A DNA stretch of 64,000 nt from Chara braunii (taxonomy: Eukaryota > Plantae > Charophyceae). This document shows, piece by piece, positions 59,599 through 64,000 of this stretch (within the stretch, counting starts at the first letter, position 1; each line of letters begins with the position of its first letter). The notes beneath the pieces were generated by a model. It did not search any database. It was not told where the DNA came from and was given only the letters and a program-made list of their open reading frames with translations. A program made the position numbers and the translations under genes. The stretch covers positions 5,909,591-5,973,590 of the forward strand of contig BFEA01000004.1 in the NCBI GenBank assembly GCA_003427395.1, read 5' to 3'.

Positions 59599-60965
59599 TC
59601 TCTCTATATATATATACGTTTTTATTTATTTTTATTCTAATTTTGGTGGAGAATTTCGATGTGACCCTTAACCAAACGTTGTTGAGTTTACTTTTTTGCA
59701 TAACATAGTGTTTTCAGTTTTTTTTTTTTTTTTTTTTTGCTTGGACCTTCCTTGGGTTTTTCATGGGTTGTCAACCCGGAACCTCACTGCCACGCTGGTA
59801 GCCTAGTACATAACAGGATACTGTATTATACTATTTAGAAATCATATTGTAAAAATACGAAATAAATTTATCATAGAAGATAAATACGAAAATAAATCGC
59901 ATAATAATAATAATACGAAATAAATTATCAATTGTGTCATCATAGCAGTTACCCTTTACTATTTCTCTTAGATCACGATAACATGTTGTAAGATTCTTAA
60001 TTTATATCATACTTAATTAAAAATGTTACTCTGCAATTTTCTTCACTTCGGTTGTTGTTTTGTCATGTCTTGCTCGACAACGATGCAGCACGAGGTCAAC
60101 AGATAGTTCTTCCTCTTCTTCCTCATCGATTATTTTCTGGCCGCATGACAAAGATGGCGCTGACAATATTTCAGGAGCATGAGTTCCGAACAACTCCACA
60201 ATACATATCTTGATGGTGACGTATTGAATGCTCTCATTCATGCATGTCCTCTTTTCTATTTGTAACTCTTGCATTTCGAGAATTCATTGTACACTCTCTT
60301 GATGTACTAATCTCTTGTTTAGTTCGATCAGTGTTTCAAAATGAACAATTTTTAAATTTTACTTCTTCTTCTTCTTACTATGTTTGTCTAACTTTTTAAG
60401 AAGAAAAAAATGATGCTCTTACACTTCGAATGTTTCTCCTACAAATCCGGGTCTTCGATGGGAAAGTCGTTTCCACCTTTATGTGATTTATATTTTTTTT
60501 TACGCTTGCATTTCTATTTTAACGTCATCGTCATTGTTTTACAGTTTACATTACACTTACGTTACCTTAACATAATTTGTTGATATGCATTTTGATGCAC
60601 TTTCTGTTGTTCACGTGGTAGTCTATTCAGTGTTTTTTTTTTGTTAATACGCATCTCAAGACCATGTTTGTTGTTTCTCTTCAATATTTGAACTTTGTCC
60701 CTTAGCACAATCATTTCATGTATTAAAATTTGATTGTTTAACTTCAACAACAACATTTTTTTATTGTTTTTATCCTCTGCCGTTTTTTTTAAGTCTTCCA
60801 AGTCGGTCTTAAGTATTTAAATTTCTTTGTTTTTCTTCCTTCTTTTCAATTACAGAGTAGTCACTGTCCATTATTTCTTATGAAATTGCCACGTTGTTTG
60901 CACAACGCTCCGTCGACTACCATGTATGGCAACAACCCAAAGTCAACCTTTATGACCAATACAAA

Positions 60966-60967
<2 letters not shown>

Positions 60968-61006
<39 letters not shown>

Positions 61007-61834
61007 NNNNNNNNNNNNNNNNNNNNNNNNNNNNNNNNNNNNNNNNNNNNNNNNNNNNNNNNNNNNNNNNNNNNNNNNNNNNNNNNNNNNNNNNNNNNNN
61101 NNNNNNNNNNNNNNNNNNNNNNNNNNNNNNNNNNNNNNNNNNNNNNNNNNNNNNNNNNNNNNNNNNNNNNNNNNNNNNNNNNNNNNNNNNNNNNNNNNNN
61201 NNNNNNNNNNNNNNNNNNNNNNNNNNNNNNNNNNNNNNNNNNNNNNNNNNNNNNNNNNNNNNNNNNNNNNNNNNNNNNNNNNNNNNNNNNNNNNNNNNNN
61301 NNNNNNNNNNNNNNNNNNNNNNNNNNNNNNNNNNNNNNNNNNNNNNNNNNNNNNNNNNNNNNNNNNNNNNNNNNNNNNNNNNNNNNNNNNNNNNNNNNNN
61401 NNNNNNNNNNNNNNNNNNNNNNNNNNNNNNNNNNNNNNNNNNNNNNNNNNNNNNNNNNNNNNNNNNNNNNNNNNNNNNNNNNNNNNNNNNNNNNNNNNNN
61501 NNNNNNNNNNNNNNNNNNNNNNNNNNNNNNNNNNNNNNNNNNNNNNNNNNNNNNNNNNNNNNNNNNNNNNNNNNNNNNNNNNNNNNNNNNNNNNNNNNNN
61601 NNNNNNNNNNNNNNNNNNNNNNNNNNNNNNNNNNNNNNNNNNNNNNNNNNNNNNNNNNNNNNNNNNNNNNNNNNNNNNNNNNNNNNNNNNNNNNNNNNNN
61701 NNNNNNNNNNNNNNNNNNNNNNNNNNNNNNNNNNNNNNNNNNNNNNNNNNNNNNNNNNNNNNNNNNNNNNNNNNNNNNNNNNNNNNNNNNNNNNNNNNNN
61801 NNNNNNNNNNNNNNNNNNNNNNNNNNNNNNNNAC

Positions 61835-61924
<90 letters not shown>
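60968..61924. repeat. (TA)n microsatellite flanking an assembly gap
   Basis: TA runs on both sides of the N-run at 61007-61832. Confidence 0.95.
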
Positions 61925-61925
<1 letters not shown>

Positions 61926-63149
61926 CCGTCAACCCAGTCATTTTTCTAAAATTTGTCGTTTTTTTATCTCTTGTCATTTCTTATCTTTTTGTTATTGTAA
62001 TTTTTTCGTTCTCTCCTCTTCTTTCTACATATTTTGTTTTCCCGCTTCACTCATTTTATTTCTTCAATTTTTACAAATATTTGTTTTTTTTATTCTTGTA
62101 ATATCATTTTTTTTGTTACTATCATTTGTTTGATACTTGTGATTTTCACGTCTACTATTCGGTTTGTTGCAACTTCCGTTGTATTGGTCCTTGTCCCTAT
62201 ACAATCCTAAAAAACATACCAGTCCTCGCGTGACGCACCTGTCGGACCCATGAAAGTCATTGGCACATGAAACCGCACAAGGTCGGTTACATTGTGCCGA
62301 GGCACACGAGTTTTTTCTGGCCACAAGACGGTTTTGGTTTCGTTGTTTTGTTTTTCACTGCCGAAAGCGACACCGCTGTGTATTTCACTTCATTGTTTTC
62401 GTCTTTTTTGCCTGGTGCGGCGAGTGGGCGAGATGCACATGTTCGAATACAAGTATGTAGCACAACTTGTTTGGGTGAGCAGACACATATGGAACAAGAC
62501 CTCGCTCCACCACTAGTGGTGTATGTTTTTATGATCTAGGAAAATTCGTTCTCATTTTTTTTTAGTATTCTTTTCTTTTTTTTCGGTGTCGCGTTTTTTT
62601 TTTAAATATAAAAAGGCACAAACGATAAAAAAAAGTTATGTATCTCTTTCTACTTTCTACCAAAATATTTATTATTATTTTGCACGTGTTGTTACATAAT
62701 CATAAAAGGTTAGGGAGGACTGAACGAACTGCCGATATTCAAAGAGAGGACGTGACGTGCGATGCGGTGGTTGCGGTGTCGAGCGCATCCACTTTCGCGT
62801 TTTTTGCAAAAGGCGAGAGCCTTTCTGGCCACATCACGCATGCTTAAAAGAAAAAGAAAACCTAAAACTTATTAACAATGCTCGCGAACCGCCAAGACGG
62901 ACGAGGTTGAGTTATTACCTCACTACTTTGGCCGGATGTGTTGACCGTACCTCCCGCATACGGTAGACGTACGACTTATGTAAAAAACAAATTCTCCACT
63001 CAGCCGTAGGTTTGGCCTAAATAAATTCGGTAGGTATTCCAATCTCATCAGGTCAAATTATTCAAACGAAATCTCATCATAAGGTCGGAACACGTATGGC
63101 ATTCAAAGTACCGGGCAGATACCCTTGTAAGGGTTTTTAGCCTGACAGC

Positions 63150-63640
63150 GGGAAGAGGAGAATAATGTCCAAGAGGAGGAACGAGAGGAGGACGAGGGGC
63201 AAGGATGAGGAGCGGGTGGGGGAGAAAAGGCAGGGATGAGAAGCACATGGAATGGGAGGGGGAGCAGGGGAAGGATGAGGAGTGGGAAGAGGAGCGGGAC
63301 GAGGAGGAGCAAGAAGTAAAGCGGAGAAAGGAAAAGGGGAAGGAGGATCAACAATAGGAGGAAAAGGGGGAAAACGACCAGTGGAAATAGAAGGACATTA
63401 AACTAGAGGAGTATCATGAGGCAGAGCAAGAAAAGGAAGCAGTGAAGCATTGGCCATCAAGAGTAAAAAATAGGAAATAATTAGCAGAACGAGGACAATA
63501 AACTCAAAGGAGGAAGACATTGAACTTAAAGGAGGAAGACAATGCACTTAAGGACCGCCGAGAGGCGGAGCGGGAAGAGGAGGGGAGGATGATGAGCATC
63601 AGGAGGAAAGGAGCAAAGGAGGAACGAGACGTGGAGGCCT
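63150..63640. repeat. Purine-rich (GAGGA-type) low-complexity tract
   Basis: Direct inspection. Confidence 0.65.
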
Positions 63641-64000
63641 AGTCCCTATGAGTTAGGGCCGGGTTGTACGGAGGGGCGGCCACCGTACGGAGGCGCCGGG
63701 TTGTACGGAGGCCGACGGGTCCAATCCCACCATTTTGCAAGCGGCAATTTTGCCGATTTTTCGTGCTTAGAAGAAATCATGAAAATGTTTGAAAATTTGA
63801 GGGTCCGTAGATTAGGTCGTGATCTTTCACGGGAAAATATCAGGAAAAAAAAAAATCATTTTGACAGTGAAATATTCGACGCGCCGATTCGGTTTACTTC
63901 CAATTTTTGACGCAAATTCCGTTTGGACGCCCGTCCGGTTTTCCACGCTGTACTACCGGTCGTTCGACCAAAAAACAGCGACCTCGCACTAGAGGTCCTC

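Overview
Eukaryotic nuclear DNA rich in repeats and microsatellites, with very long introns. The organellar fragments and gene style suggest a streptophyte alga such as Chara, which is an inference. The main feature is one + strand gene spanning about 1.7-39.9 kb. I rebuilt 22 phase-consistent GT-AG exons by hand (2228..39864, 1829 nt, about 608 aa; N-terminus unresolved). The protein is FCA-like (RRM1-RRM2, G/M/P- and Q-rich low-complexity region, WW) but also carries a C-terminal CELF/Bruno-type third RRM ending in RPY*. A U6 snRNA copy lies antisense in one intron, and a second, diverged U6 copy lies downstream of the gene. At 45.5-47.1 kb, a 5'-truncated Penelope-like retroelement (RT remnant plus an intact minimal type I hammerhead ribozyme) sits between (CT)n tracts. 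At 50.6-55.7 kb there is a shredded mosaic of mitochondrial (rns, atp1, ccmC, rps19, tRNAs) and plastid (rpoB) fragments. The rest is MITE-like elements, tandem duplications, low-complexity tracts and three assembly gaps. All homology calls come from recalled family motifs; no searches were run.
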